A stretch of DNA of 64,000 bases from Spongospora subterranea f. sp. subterranea (Eukaryota): positions 62,001 through 126,000 of the forward strand of contig JAUGWO010000135.1 of assembly GCA_049724395.1 (NCBI GenBank), given 5' to 3'. Both the position numbers and the translations under genes were made by a program. The notes below the pieces were generated by a model that was given only the letters and a program-made list of their open reading frames with translations, was not told the origin of the DNA and ran no database searches. This document shows, piece by piece, positions 10,617 to 23,866 of the stretch; position 1 is the first letter of the stretch, and each line of letters opens with the position of its first letter.

Positions 10617-12441
10617 TCAACCAGAGCGCACGTGCACTAATGTGAAGGCGACTGCCGCCACAATAACGACACCCGCCGCCGCAGCGATACCAATCAGAAT
10701 CCAGTTCGTCCCGTTCTTCTCTTCACCTTTGGAGATCAACAGCGTTTCAGAGGAGCTGGATGCTTTCGGTTCTGGATATGGTTGTGAAGCACGATCGGCA
10801 TCACTTTTGAATAATCGATCCATTTTCTTGACTATCGCCACCGGGTCGTCAACCACCATCCCACGCTCGCTCGTACTTTTCACTAGTTCTCCATTCTGTT
10901 GCTTTTTACTTTCGCCCTCGTCACCTGACACCTTCACTATGGTCGTGGTCGTTGTCGTTGACTGCCCAACGTTCATCGGTGCCTAAATTGGAACAAGAGA
11001 ATGACTGAACGGACTCCCAAGTATGGGGATTGAGATGGATTACGCTTTGGGCAACGGCGACACCGCCATCCGATGGGATTCGTTGAATTTGATTCGAAGG
11101 AATCACCATTTGCCCTACGGTTTCTCTGATCATTACAGAATGTGAATCGAATCTCTGGGCCTTACCTAGAATTGGTCCCTGAACGGGGGCGACAACTGCT
11201 TCAGGCGCCACCACCACGTGTTTCTCTGAACACTGATTACGACCCAGAAATTGCAGCGGAACTGTGCATGGGCGATACCTGTAAGGGCAGGAACGGCGAC
11301 TTTAACTGGTGAAGCCGCTGCTGGAATCAATACCTGTTGGCCTGGAACGTTCCAATTGATATATTAGCGACGTCAAACCAGGTCAGTCGTTGCGTAATCA
11401 ACCTGTGCTTGAAATGGCGGGAACCGCCAGAACGGTATCCTGCGCTGGTGGTTCCGCAGAAGTTTTGGCTTTTTTCGGAGGAGGTTGTTCGTCATCGTTG
11501 TCATCGTCTGCGAAAACATTGAATTGTCAAATTTTGGATACAATCACACATTGTTCGAACTGCTGTTCAATATCCGACCTGCTGCCGCTGCCGCCACCGC
11601 CGCTGCTGCCGGCTTCCGTTTTCCGATGCTTCCGACCTTGTTGAGCAGATTTGTTGGCTTGAGCTTGCTGGGTAAGATCCCATTCACAGCAGCGCCAACA
11701 GGAGAAGCTTGTAAAGCTGCGCCGGCAACAGCGGTTGACGCCTCCACTGCCTTGTTCACCACGTTTTTACTGGAATGAAATAAGTGTTAGCTATTAAAAA
11801 ATCATCATTCGACCAATTTTCCTGACAGGAATCCGCCAAATGTTTTCTTCTTTTTTTTCGGTGGATCCGGTTTTACAGCTGTTTCGGCGACCTGTTTCTC
11901 GATTACTTTCGGATCGATAAGGTTCAGGTCCGACGAGGAACCGTCCGATGCATCATCGGTGATGGTTTTTGTCGCTACACCCGGGCTGAAATCGCCACTC
12001 AAATTCAGAACCGTTGAATCAAACCCGCTTATGGTTAATTACACCGCATCGGCAGCGATCTGGCTTAGTATTGCTTCCGAGAGTTTGTCGGCGGGAGCTA
12101 CAACGCCACCCCCGCAAGCGTCGATTTCCCCACCAGCAATCATCGCCTTCACTACCGTAGCTGTCGTTGCAGGTGTCGTCATCAGCTGCGTTTGGAGAAA
12201 ACATCAGCAATGGCGATTGAAGCAGCGTGGCGATTACAGTTTTGGGACACTGCACTGGGGCAGTTGCGGCAACGAATTGCTGCTGGCAGGATTGGAAACT
12301 GATCTGAATCAGGGCAGGTGTCATCGGGCAGCTGATGGATGAGAGACACGCCGCTGCCGACTTGGCCGCCGTCGTGAAGCAATCGGCATGGGTTAGACCC
12401 GGCAGTAGGATGGGAATAATACTGATCCATAGGAGGATCAT
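10617..12441 (-). CDS. Hypothetical type I membrane/surface protein (signal peptide, Cys-containing N-terminus, low-complexity stalk, C-terminal TM); may extend to about 10250
   Basis: MILLWISIIPILLPGLTHA signal peptide, GT-AG introns joining the ORF pieces, and TM NWILIGIAAAAGVVIVAAVAFTLV. Confidence 0.65.
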
Positions 12442-12699
12442 GCAATAACGCCAACTTGGGCGATATATTCGGTCGATATAATATAGGGAATATTCAATCA
12501 CACTCGATCGTGACTCAATCCCATGACTCAATTTCGCGCTCCGGGCAATACTAGATGGGTCAAAGACTACAGGTCCGATCTGGATCTCATTATGATCACA
12601 CCCTTATCCATATCGAACACCGTTCGAGACCACGAGAGGTTCAAGTGACTAATTCATTAATGGGGTCGATGAGGCCACCGAGACATTCCCGGGTCGTAT

Positions 12700-15000
12700 T
12701 GTTGCTGTAAACACGGGCGAACTCGGTTTCTCACAGAACGTGTTGTCAGCATTTTCGCGAAAATGTAAAAAGGATCTGTCACGACATGCCCTCGGGTTGG
12801 TTCGACGCCGACGTCGTCAAAGAAGTGTTGGATATCTTCGCGGGCGACGACATTAGCAAGCAACATATTATTTAAGCTTGCTTACCAAACCTGCGCCTTT
12901 GAAGCCTTACCATGCCTAGCACCACTCGATCGCTCACGTGAAGTGAACGCCTCAGCAGTTGTCAATCGTGAAGCATGCGGCTGGCCAGAAGCCTTGTATT
13001 TCGGGATGTCCTTCGAAACTTGGTTTGCAACCGTATATCAGAATTGCTTCACATAGTGGCCATTCTATCCCGTTCAGAAAAAGCCATCAACGTAAAGCGC
13101 CAGTATTGTGATGCTGCCTATGTCTCAGTGTACGATCTCTTCCGGCAGATTCATGCCATGTGGAAAAACAACATCACAATACTGGCGCTCTACGTTGATG
13201 ACTTGACGAATATAACTTCTGAACGGAAATATGGTCAGGATTACGCCCGAGTTAGGGTGCCGATTCAGGATCATGGACGTCCAATCCACTGAGTACTGGG
13301 GATGTAGGTCAATAGACACAGCATCGGCGCCATTCTCTTGTCACAGCGATCGCACCTCGGCAAAATCTCGGGAGACTTACGGAATGGCGTCATCGAAGCG
13401 GTGCCAGATTCCAGCCGAACTGAACCGAGGACGCGATCAATGAACAACAACGTTTTTTGTACCGGGAGTATCTTTGACGGATGCTGCCGGCGACCAGATA
13501 TATGCAGCGCGGTCAACGTGGTGCCACCGCAACTACCTGACGCTCCAGAAGAAAACCTTGGTTCTGAACGCAATCACCCTCTTGAGCAAAGGTGGGCAAG
13601 CAGCGATTAATTATCGCCAAGCTCGAGAGAGCAGCCATGAACCTGCACGTAAAGATCTTTTGCTATAGCTGCGAGTCCGCTTTTGCTAAGGAAGCCTAAA
13701 TGGTTGCATTCAGAACCAGGATTTCCTCTAGAGCCTCAGGTATTGCATGTTGACGGAATCAGATTCAAGCGTAGACATGATGGCCACGCCGACTTCCACA
13801 TTGCGTGCCTTCCTTCCATCTGCAGCAATTTAGCAAAGCTGTTTAGCTTTGTGGATGTTTTTAAAGTGCTGTGGCGAATATGACAAATAGATTCAGCAAT
13901 CAATTCACGATTATCTAGTTGAACTTCCTTTTGATACAGTGATAGTTTCGATAAGATTCAGATCTGGGACGACTGTGATTGTTCAACGACCATTCGTTCG
14001 ACGAAACGCGCTCTCCTGCATTAGAACCAGTCGAATGTCGCAGTTCGTCACGAAGGCGGCAACCGGTTCCGCTCGTGCGTTCTCAAATCGGATGTGCGAG
14101 TGATTGACGTCTACGCCGCGTTTCACGACAGAATCGCCAAGAAGCCGGCGCGAAGGATGCTTCACTCATGCATTAGCTAGTCGACGGGGGAACTGACGTC
14201 GTAACCCAGATTCAACGACATTTCCCGCCCTGCTAGGGAGAGTGCCAGTTGTTCACGTGATGCCTCTGAAACCTGCGCCTTTGACGCCCAACTTTACCAA
14301 CAAACGGCCGTCAGGTGAACGTCTGCCCAACAGCTGCTGTTTTCGAGTGTGAAGCATGCGCCTGGCTGGAAGCCTAGCTTCGGCTTGTTCTTCAAGTCTT
14401 GATGAGCGAGAAATTGTCTGCCATGGTGATGGTCAGCGCAACTAACCAACGCTTTCTTGACGACGTCAGCCTCGGTCCTGAAGGCATGTCGTGCAGATTT
14501 CGGAGACTTCGCGTTATATAGATGTTCAATGCGATTACAGCACTGTTCGCGTTCTGGGAAACACTTGCAGCCGAGTTCGTCCGTGTATACAGCAACACAA
14601 CGCGGTCCCAGAATGTATCGGCGGCCAGTTCGACCCAATACAATAGAGAGATTTCGGACGGTTTTGAGATTGGTTGTCGAGTTGCGTTTGCCGTCCCAGA
14701 TTTCAAACTACGTTTCGGACAGTTTTTTGAGTTGAGTTTGGTACGACCTCCTTGTACCATACTTTGCAAATCGATAGATCTATGCCTGAAACAAAGGTGG
14801 CAACGCGAAAAATTAAGTGGTGAAAACAAGGTCGTACCAACGACGAAAAAAGTGCCAATCGGTGGTGGCTGGCGCCACGTCGTATGGTAGGTTTGGTAAA
14901 CTCTGCGTGACTGCGCAGAATTACGAATAGCTGAAATTGTGCGGAAACTGTTGGAGAGACCACATGGTGTGTACACTGTACAGTCCTCACTCATCAGTGT
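12700..15000. mobile_element. Rearranged Ty1/Copia remnants (RT on +, gag-like on -)
   Basis: ITILALYVDDL on + near 13175-13205 and gag-like ORF 14392-14994 on -. Diverged copies of 14400-14500 (inverted) and 14268-14375 (direct) lie at 12780-12995. Confidence 0.7.
13085..13200. repeat. Inverted repeat over the Copia YVDD motif
   Basis: 13085-13113 is the reverse complement of 13172-13200 with 1 mismatch. There is a weaker extension at 13057-13079 vs 13217-13237. Confidence 0.9.
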
Positions 15001-16900
15001 TTAATGTTAGCGCATACTCACTGCATCCTCGTTTCGTTGGACAAGGTTTGTCCGCTCGGTGGGTTTGCCACGGACTCTTCATTCGATTGTGCGAGACGTG
15101 TTCGCCATTGGTGGTTGCCAAGGTATGATCTGTTTCATCGTCACGTCGGTTTTTGCTCGGTGATGATACCATCCTTGCGCATTGAGTTGGGCAGCTGTAA
15201 TGATGCTGATGGGCTCATTACACTATTCATGCTGGCCTAAGCTGTAGACACTGGGAGTTCTGAGAGCTTGTTTTCATAATTTTCCGTTTTGCTCGTACTA
15301 GGTCCAGAACACTAATCTGTAATTCTGTTCAGGGTATATTCTGAGTGGGCGTGCCGTGTTTTTTGTTAATAAAATTAAATGTCAATCGGAAACTCGTTTT
15401 CGTTTCAGCTCATTTTGTAAAATATCGTAAATAAGGTCAACAGTTCGAAATCATAGCTATTCGGAACATCTTGCAGAAATCTCACCCGCCATCTTGAGCA
15501 GTATCTTGGTTTCTCCTGAAAATAGATGAATTTTGTTAGGAGTTGTTGCACATCAAGCTCGCGTCATCCAATGAACACGGGATATTCAAAAGCTGGTATG
15601 CGTTTATTGTCCTGACGGGGGCATGCAAAACAAGGCGCCAAACAGATGGACCGACATATTACAAAGTAGTAAATTGAGAAGACGGTTGATCAAACTGGTG
15701 AAGTGTTGTGAATCGAGAAGGCAACTGATCGGAATACTTTTTTCAGACTGCATTTCCGGTTAGATATCGCAGCGCCAGATGCTACGACAAGTGTCAGATC
15801 TGCAGTCCAGGTGGTCCCATGTGGTCCGGTCGGGAGCACGTTCCTGTTATTTTTAGTACACCATGAAAGGATATAAGATTGATCAAACTCATGTTGATTA
15901 CCTGCTGAGAAGATACTTTGTAGAAGCTGGGGGATGTGCACAAGGTTATTTATGTTGATCAGTGATTACTGTGCTGACTGGTAAGAGAGGTTCGTTCTGT
16001 GCTTCCGATTGTATGGCCTGCGACCAGACTGGACACTTGATCGATACCTTGCCGAATCGCGACTCGTTCGGTGCAACGTCCGATATGATTGATCTGTTTG
16101 ATGAAGCATGCGTGCCAGTTTCTTCTGCTGCCTTGTGTGAACAAAGTTGTATTTTTGTTAATACACAAACAAAATGATTGCGATGAGGCCTGGAACATGT
16201 GCTGATATCATTTCATGTAAGTGGCGCTTGAGCAAACATTGTGCTACCGCAATACAATCGCAAAGAATCCATGACCGAACAATATTGGCGCTTGTTTAAC
16301 CTCCAGCGAAGTGTTGGATTCTCATGGGTTTGACAAAATCGAGTGATAACATGGAAAACTGTCAAGGAAATTAAGCGCCGTTTTATTGGCAGACGCGTCA
16401 TGTGTGCAGACTCAGACTCAGCTAATAACTTCAAATTTCTTTTAGGATTCCAAAGCGATAGCGCATACTTTTTGCTGATTTAGAATAAGGTTGAAAGAGC
16501 AATAGAGCGTGTTTAAGTTGATATTGTCATGCTGCAAGGCAGGTCAACTTGTGCTAAACTTCCTCGACCCAACTCTTCCGGGCTCTCCGGAAAATGTACG
16601 ATTTCCCCGTCCTGCGACATCACGAATATCGAAGGCTGTGCAGACACACTTGCGCCCAACGAACCGTCACAAACTGGTACCGCACAGTGACTGCTGGCAC
16701 CGCGTCGCCCAAGGTAACAAAGGTCATTGACAGGAGAGGCCCAGTGTTGGGGGCCTCTTGAGACGCCTTCTCTGGGTGTGTACTGTATTGAGGTTTCACC
16801 TAACGTTCCTGGAGTATATCGATTACGATTCAGATCCTGTCTGTATTGCGATCACGCCCCAGAGCGTATCAACGATTGAATAGACGAACCAATCAATCAT

Positions 16901-19900
16901 ATGAACCTGAATAGGTTACTTGTTTACGTGTCGTTGCTCATCTATTCAGCGCGTTCTGCCACGTATGGACCGAGCTCCACTGCGACCGCTCCGGTAATGT
17001 CCATTTAGTATTGTGTATGGCGGGAATGGTTTGCAGCTGAGAGTAATGATCCTCAGACCAACCCGACCCAGGTCAACTCAGCAATCGCCGGTCGCCGGGT
17101 CACCATTACGGCCAAGAACAGCCTGAGTGTCAATACAGGCTCTGGCGGGGATCTGTTTATCGCCGAGCTATATACAAATAACGCCTCATGTGATGCTAAT
17201 CTCTACACATATTCCTGTAAACCATCATGTTCCCCATACACTTCTCCAAACACCCCATCTAAATCCTGTCTCTCGTCGTTTCACGTCACCGTAATTTTTT
17301 TTAACCCCTTTGCTTGTTCACCCGTAATCTTCTATATTAGGTTCCAACAGGTCCAAATTGGGTTATAGCTACAGTTGCCGATAATGGCGATGGGACTTAT
17401 ACTGCTGATTATGCACCAGAGCTCACCGGAACTTATGATCTCAACATCGGTAAATTATTCTGTGGTGTTTTCTCCCGAAAGGCGACATCTCAATAAGATT
17501 GGTAATATATAGGATTGGCTGTGCCAGGAGGCCTCAGGGGGAAATATTACGACAACATGTGGTTCTTGAATTCTCCAACAATCAATCGCGTAGATTCTTC
17601 GATATCATTCAATTGGGGGTTATCTGCGATCACAACGTTCGGTGTCGACTACGTCTCAGTTCGATGGGAAGGAAAATTGAAGCCTGCATATTCTCAGGTA
17701 ATTTTCGATTCCACAAAGTTGTGCTCTGCTGACGAAATGGGTTTGTTGTTCTAACAAATAGACTTACACAATATATGTGACCGCTGATGATGGAGTTAGA
17801 TTATGGCTCGATAGGCGGTTGATTATCGACAATTGGTCTACCTGCTGCAATGAGTCCTGGGCCAATGTTGCTCTAAGCGCTGGTTACTTACACGACATCA
17901 AGATCGATTATCGTGAGGTAATCAGCTCACTGGGCCCAGTCTTAAAGTGCTGAACTGGTATTACTGTCTTCTCTTGTCGTTCTTAGATCCAGGGTATTGC
18001 ATCAATTGACTTGTCGTGGTCGGCTCCATCCGTTGCCAAGGAGATCATTCCATCGAGCGCATTGTACAGCGTGGATCAGGTTCTGTCGATTAGTGCACAA
18101 ACCTGTTATCGCGGTCATTCATCAGAGGTTTGATCCAGATATCCGGTTCCCCAATAAAGGGGATTGTAATTACTGAAGCCGATCCCCCCAACTCGGTTCA
18201 AACAACTGCTTCAGGTCCTGGCCTAACCGCTTCGATCGTTGCTGGACCTGTTGTCTCTGGCAATAAATTCACAGTCTTAGCCAAGGTATTCAGTGTATCC
18301 CCTGTGTCGTTTCCTCCTCAAATTTTTCGTTTTGTCCTATTCAATACGCTTCATTTTAGAAATTGTCGCTAGGATTTGTTCGGGAATCTGTTGACGGCCC
18401 AATCAGGGAGTGCTGTTTGGACAGTGACTGGGTCCGGTCCAGGGGTCGTTGTTGGCGCGATCGGATACGGATACGGTCCATACTATAACGGATCGTGGAG
18501 CACCACCGTTTCCGGAGCCTATACATTGTCGGTAAAATTGGGCGGCAATCACATCACGGGAAGCCCATTTCTTCTCTCGTGTGGTCCAGCTATCACATCA
18601 GCCGGTCAGCAAACAATTACATAACGCAAAACCTCAATTTTTGGAAATCACCAGTGTTCGACTATGATACTTGCGACTTTTATCAAAATTGCTTGACAAT
18701 CCACATAGAAATTCAGTTCCTTACTTTATGTAGATTTGATAAACAGCCAGACATATCCTTTTATTTTACTAACATTGGGGTTCGATGGTTTGATCACAAC
18801 CTTCCCAGGATTGACAGAGTGTTAGGTAACTCGGTGGCGTTTGGTAGTGGGCTAACTAGCGGAACTGTCGGATTATCGTCTTCTTTTTGGGTCCAGGCTC
18901 GGGATCAATATGGGAATAATGTGACATGGGGTACCGATCCCGTCAAGGTGACGCTCTCAGGAACCAACGCCCCTACCGCCGGGATAACATACATCTCCAA
19001 CGGTCTTTATCAAGTTTTTTACACTCCTATCATCAGGTTTCCGTTGGATCCATTCTTCAATAGCGCTGCTGACTCCCATTAGTGGCTCTTTAACCATCAT
19101 TGTCAAGATTGGCACTACGCTCATTTTAACGTCATCCGGATCATTCACATCTACAATCGCTGTCGGATCTGTTCACGCTCCAAGGTCGATATTTTTTTGG
19201 TTCTGTTTAACTTTGTTGCCAGTCATGATGCGACTTGAATGTGTCGATGCTGTTTTGATTGAGGAATCTTCTCAGTTGTACAGCGAATCCAAGCGGAACC
19301 GGTGTAGCTGGAGTCCAGTCATCGTTTGCGATCACAGCTCGTGATGAATTCGGAAATCAGCTGACGACTGGGGGTGGAAGGAATTATCACCTTTTCGTTG
19401 TCGCTGACGGGCCCAGCTTCCCTGACCCACGACTCAATTACTCACGCTGGCTCTGGTGTCTATACAACTCTATTTACACCGACATTAGTGGGAACGTACG
19501 TAATTCTCAATAATGAGAACTGAAACCCGTGAATAGGTTTTTGTTTATGGACAATCTTGTTTTCAGTTATCAAATGGTGGCGATGCTGGGAACTGTTCCT
19601 ATATCTGGTTCCCCATTTACTGTGGTTGTTTCGCCTGGAGCCCCAGTCGCTTCAACATCAACCGCCTCTGGATCATCCTTATCGACTGCCATATCAGGTT
19701 TGATTGAGCGGTCGTATATCATGCACGAAACCCGGATCGCCTAAGCGTTTTTATCTAGGTATTCAACAGTCTTTTAACGTGTCGGCTCGCGATTCGCAAT
19801 CGAACTTGATCGCCGTTGATGCGGCTGTGGTGACGGCTGTTGTCAGCTGCGGGTTAGTGGGTAACTCTGTTATGTAGTTGATGGATTGACGAACGCTGTC

Positions 19901-22900
19901 GTTAGGGGCGTATCAGGTTCAAGTTCATGGCTTGGGGGAGGACTATACAAGATTATATATACTCCTAGTACTAAAGGATCTTCGTGCTCATTAACAGTTC
20001 AAGTTGGTTTCAGACCCGATAGTGTCGACAAACTCAGAACTGATTTTTTTAGATTGGTGGCTCCAATATAAACGGCAGTCCTTTTACTTTGAAAGTTACG
20101 GCTGGAGCTGCTGAATCGTCAACATCAACTGTAAGGCCGTCTGCCAACGATTATTTTCTCAGTTTTGTTTGCATCAAATAATTACGTATTCAATCTATGA
20201 CTGCATCCTTGATTTTACAACCACTTTCAGAGACCGGATCTCGGCCATTTTTTCTTGTTGTGAGCAGCGGTGTGTTTGGATTTGTGCATTTCGTCGTTTC
20301 AAATTTTGAAATTTGCTATCTCACGGTTAATTCAAACTGAAATATTGAAATTGGTTTTGGGAACTAGGTAAGCGGTTCGGGTTTATCAACGTCAATCGCT
20401 GGCGTTGGAGTGTCACTATCGGTCGTGTTGAAAGACCTTTCGTCAAATCTGCTGGTGACCGGAGGAAATCAGTTGACGGTATCGATCGCCCAACCCGACA
20501 ATTCACTGTTGCCATATTCCCTGGTTGATTATGGAACTGGCTCGTACACCATCTCCTACACACCAAAGCAAACGGGATCGCACTCAGGTAAATTTGAGAT
20601 GCTCCTGGGCATGGTAAGCGATTCGATCTGATGGACTCGTTCAGCGACAATAAAGCTGGCACATGTTGGTGGATTGGACGCAACATATTATAACGATCAA
20701 GTAATGGTGCTGGTCAATACAGCTAATGTATTGGACCCTATTATTCACCACGATTGGGGATATTCACCGGCCATAACCGGGTTACCAGCTGATATGTAAT
20801 CCATAATCAATCACCAACACCGACATCAAAGTTCGGTCATATTTTACCAGTGTCCTGTGGAAAACTAAATGGGATGATTTTGATGGTTTAATTATGTTTC
20901 TCAAGTTGTAACTTTGTTGATGGAAATTTGTGTACTTTAGGTTCTCAATCCGGTGGTCTGGGAAAATTATGTCTTCCACCAGCGAGATTTATCGCTTTAC
21001 CATCCCGTTATATGCCAATACAGGCGCCAGGTTATATATCAGCACATCTACCCAACCTGGATCCGGTAAAAGCGACAGCTCTCAATTCATGAAATTCGCC
21101 CTTATTGAGTCCATCAGCGAAATTGGTAATTGACGCATGGTCCAGCGCCATTGGTGCTGGTGATGTTTTTGGCGATATAGCCATGGTCGCCAATCAACTC
21201 GTCAATATTGGCATTGAATTCCATGGTATTTTCTTTACTGATTACCTTTCTTTGAACTTTCTTGCCATGGCTCAACTCTACAACGTCAAAATTTGCCTTG
21301 AAAGCGCGTTATTTTAGGGCTACTTGAATTTTTTTCAACTCGAATGGCCCTTGGCTCTGTCATTGAGATATGATCATAATGGTGTCTTAGGCGATCTTGG
21401 TCAAGCCCAAATTGGATTATATTGGTCATCTGGGTCTCTTTCTAAACAATTAGTTCCATCAACTGCTCTATATTACATAAGACATATCGCGTCGTCTCCA
21501 TACACAGGTACAAATCTGTTGTCAATCTTGTTTCCCATTATCCCCTTTGTGGAGGAAAAAGGTCTAGAAGTTGTGGATGTCTAATGGTCGTATGCGAGCC
21601 AGGAATTTCGGTCACTCAATCGACGTTGAACCGTTCGTCAACAACTGCAGCGGGATCAAGCTTGACGTCGTTAACTATTCCAGTGGCGACCGCAACGTCA
21701 ATTACTATAACCGCGAGAGACTCCTATGGTAACCTAGATAAAGCTGGAGGAAATCAAGGTGAAGGATGTATATCTTTTGCCCGTTTCATTGGGTTTCATC
21801 TACATTTGTTGTTTATCCTTTGCTTCCAGTGTTTTCAATGTTTGTGCAATATCGAATTGAGGCTGCATGTTACAGGCCAATTCACATCAACATTGTCGGC
21901 TGTTTACACGTCGACAGTTGTGAACGGAATTGTGACCAATGTCGGAGGGTCGACAGGGCAATACTTGTCGACCTATACGGCAACAGGTATTATTGCATGT
22001 GCAGAAATTCGAAGCAAATCATTGAACAAAACCTATCCCTATAGAATCTGGCAAGTATTATTTGACAGTTTTGCTGAATGGTAACCACATATATGGCAGT
22101 CCATGGACTGTCAATGTGCCAGTTGGCGCAACAGATCCAGGTAATTCAGTGTTTCTCCAAATAATTATTTCATTGCAATTTGCAGAATTGCACAAGTTTT
22201 CTGTGCGATCCCGAAAATTAACAAACTTTATTTCAGCGACGTAATTTATGAGATCATATTTTCGTTATTTAGTCAAGCGTTAATCTGACGTGACTAGATT
22301 TTTTGGAATCATTTATTGGAACGAATTTTGAATTTCGGTATTAGTGAGCACAGCTGTATCTGGTACCGGAATGGCATCATCTGTGGTTGGGGTTCAGGGC
22401 ATTTTCACTCTGACTGTTAAAGATGCATCGGGCAATTTAAGGGGAACTGGTGGCGATTATTGGTCTGTTGTTGTAAGATTCGCTTGCTCTATCACAACTC
22501 CCTGGATGTACATTTTTTAACCCCTGTTATGGTTGTAGTTAACCAAAGGCCTCACAGTCATTACAGCTGGGATTTTGGACAACCAAGATGGCACTTACAC
22601 ATGTAATCGCATTTGCATCGCATCATCTTCATTTGTTGTATATTCTCCATTGTATCTGACTTGATTTCTGACTTTTTCGTTTATAATTGATTGGTGCGGT
22701 GGTTCAAATATTTTGAATTGTAGGCAACTATACGGCCACAGTCTCTGGAACATATTCAACAGCAATCACCGTCAATGGTGTTTCAATCGGAGCACCATTC
22801 AACATCATTGTCTCTCCAGCTATTGCATCTCCATCTGCGACCGCTGTTTCTGGTGGGACGCCTTCAGTTCCAACCTCATCCACTCCAGCGACTTTTACTG

Positions 22901-23829
22901 GTTAAATATCAACCTTGCTATCATAATTAATCGATATATAATTACATATACAGTTAACAGCAAAGACGAGTACTCGAACAGCCGATCAACTGGAGGGCAC
23001 TTCTTTTTCGTGTCGATTATCAATAAAGCCAATTCGGTTGTCAGAGGCGCGGTCACTGATTCTGCAAATGGGAACTACATCGTCGGGTAAACTGCATTCG
23101 ACTTTGTTGTTGGCATATCTCTGTTTTGCGACAGTTGCTCGAATACTAATTTTCAACGCAATTTTAGATATACTTTAGCAGCTGTGGGTCCATATCAATA
23201 TAATGTGATGTTGGCTAGCGGATCATCGTCTTTGGGCGATGGGCTGTTAGGAAGTTACTACCATAACCGGTGGCTGGATGGTGCGCCCGTAATGACCAGA
23301 GTCGACAAATACGTCAATTTCCAATGGGGAACAAATCTAATCACTCCAACTGCAATTGTAATATTTCTTCCATTTAAAACCAGTTGCTGCCATCGAATAC
23401 AGTTTTTTAAGTTGATTCATTTGAAAAACTATAGGATTATGTCTCGATTAGATGGACGGGGTACGTATCCCCATTATACGCTGAACTCTACACCTTTTAC
23501 GTTGACGTTGACGATCAAGCGCGATTATGGGTTAACGACATTCTTATAATTGACTCTTGGAATGCAGTTGCAGGTAAAACGATTACGTTGGCTATTGCAA
23601 ATATGTACCGATTTTAACTATAGGAGAAACATCTGGAACCATATCAATTCCGACTGCGACAACCTTATACACGATAACGATGGAATATCGCAAGGCGACT
23701 GGCAATGGACGAGCGATATTGAGGTGGTCATCGGCGTCACAGACCAAAGCCATCATTCCACAGGCCCAGCTGTTCTCATCCGCATCACATATATCTGGAT
23801 CGCCGTTCACTATCACTGTTATAGCATAA
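16901..23829 (+). CDS. Large secreted protein with three PA14 domains and many filamin/Ig-like repeats, many introns
   Basis: Signal MNLNRLLVYVSLLIYSARSA. PA14 motifs (GLRGKYYDN..RVDSSISFNWG..SVRWEG..ADDGVRLW) near 17.5, 20.7 and 23.2 kb. Filamin motifs (ARDxxGN, DxxDGTY, HIxGSPF). Ends SGSPFTITVIA*. Confidence 0.9.
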
Positions 23830-23866
23830 GCACATAAACTACATATAATCTTTATAGTTTATTTTC

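Noticed and set aside
15690..16730. Short ORFs including CMACDQTGH
   Set aside because: There is no coherent gene model or diagnostic TE motif, so it cannot be classified.
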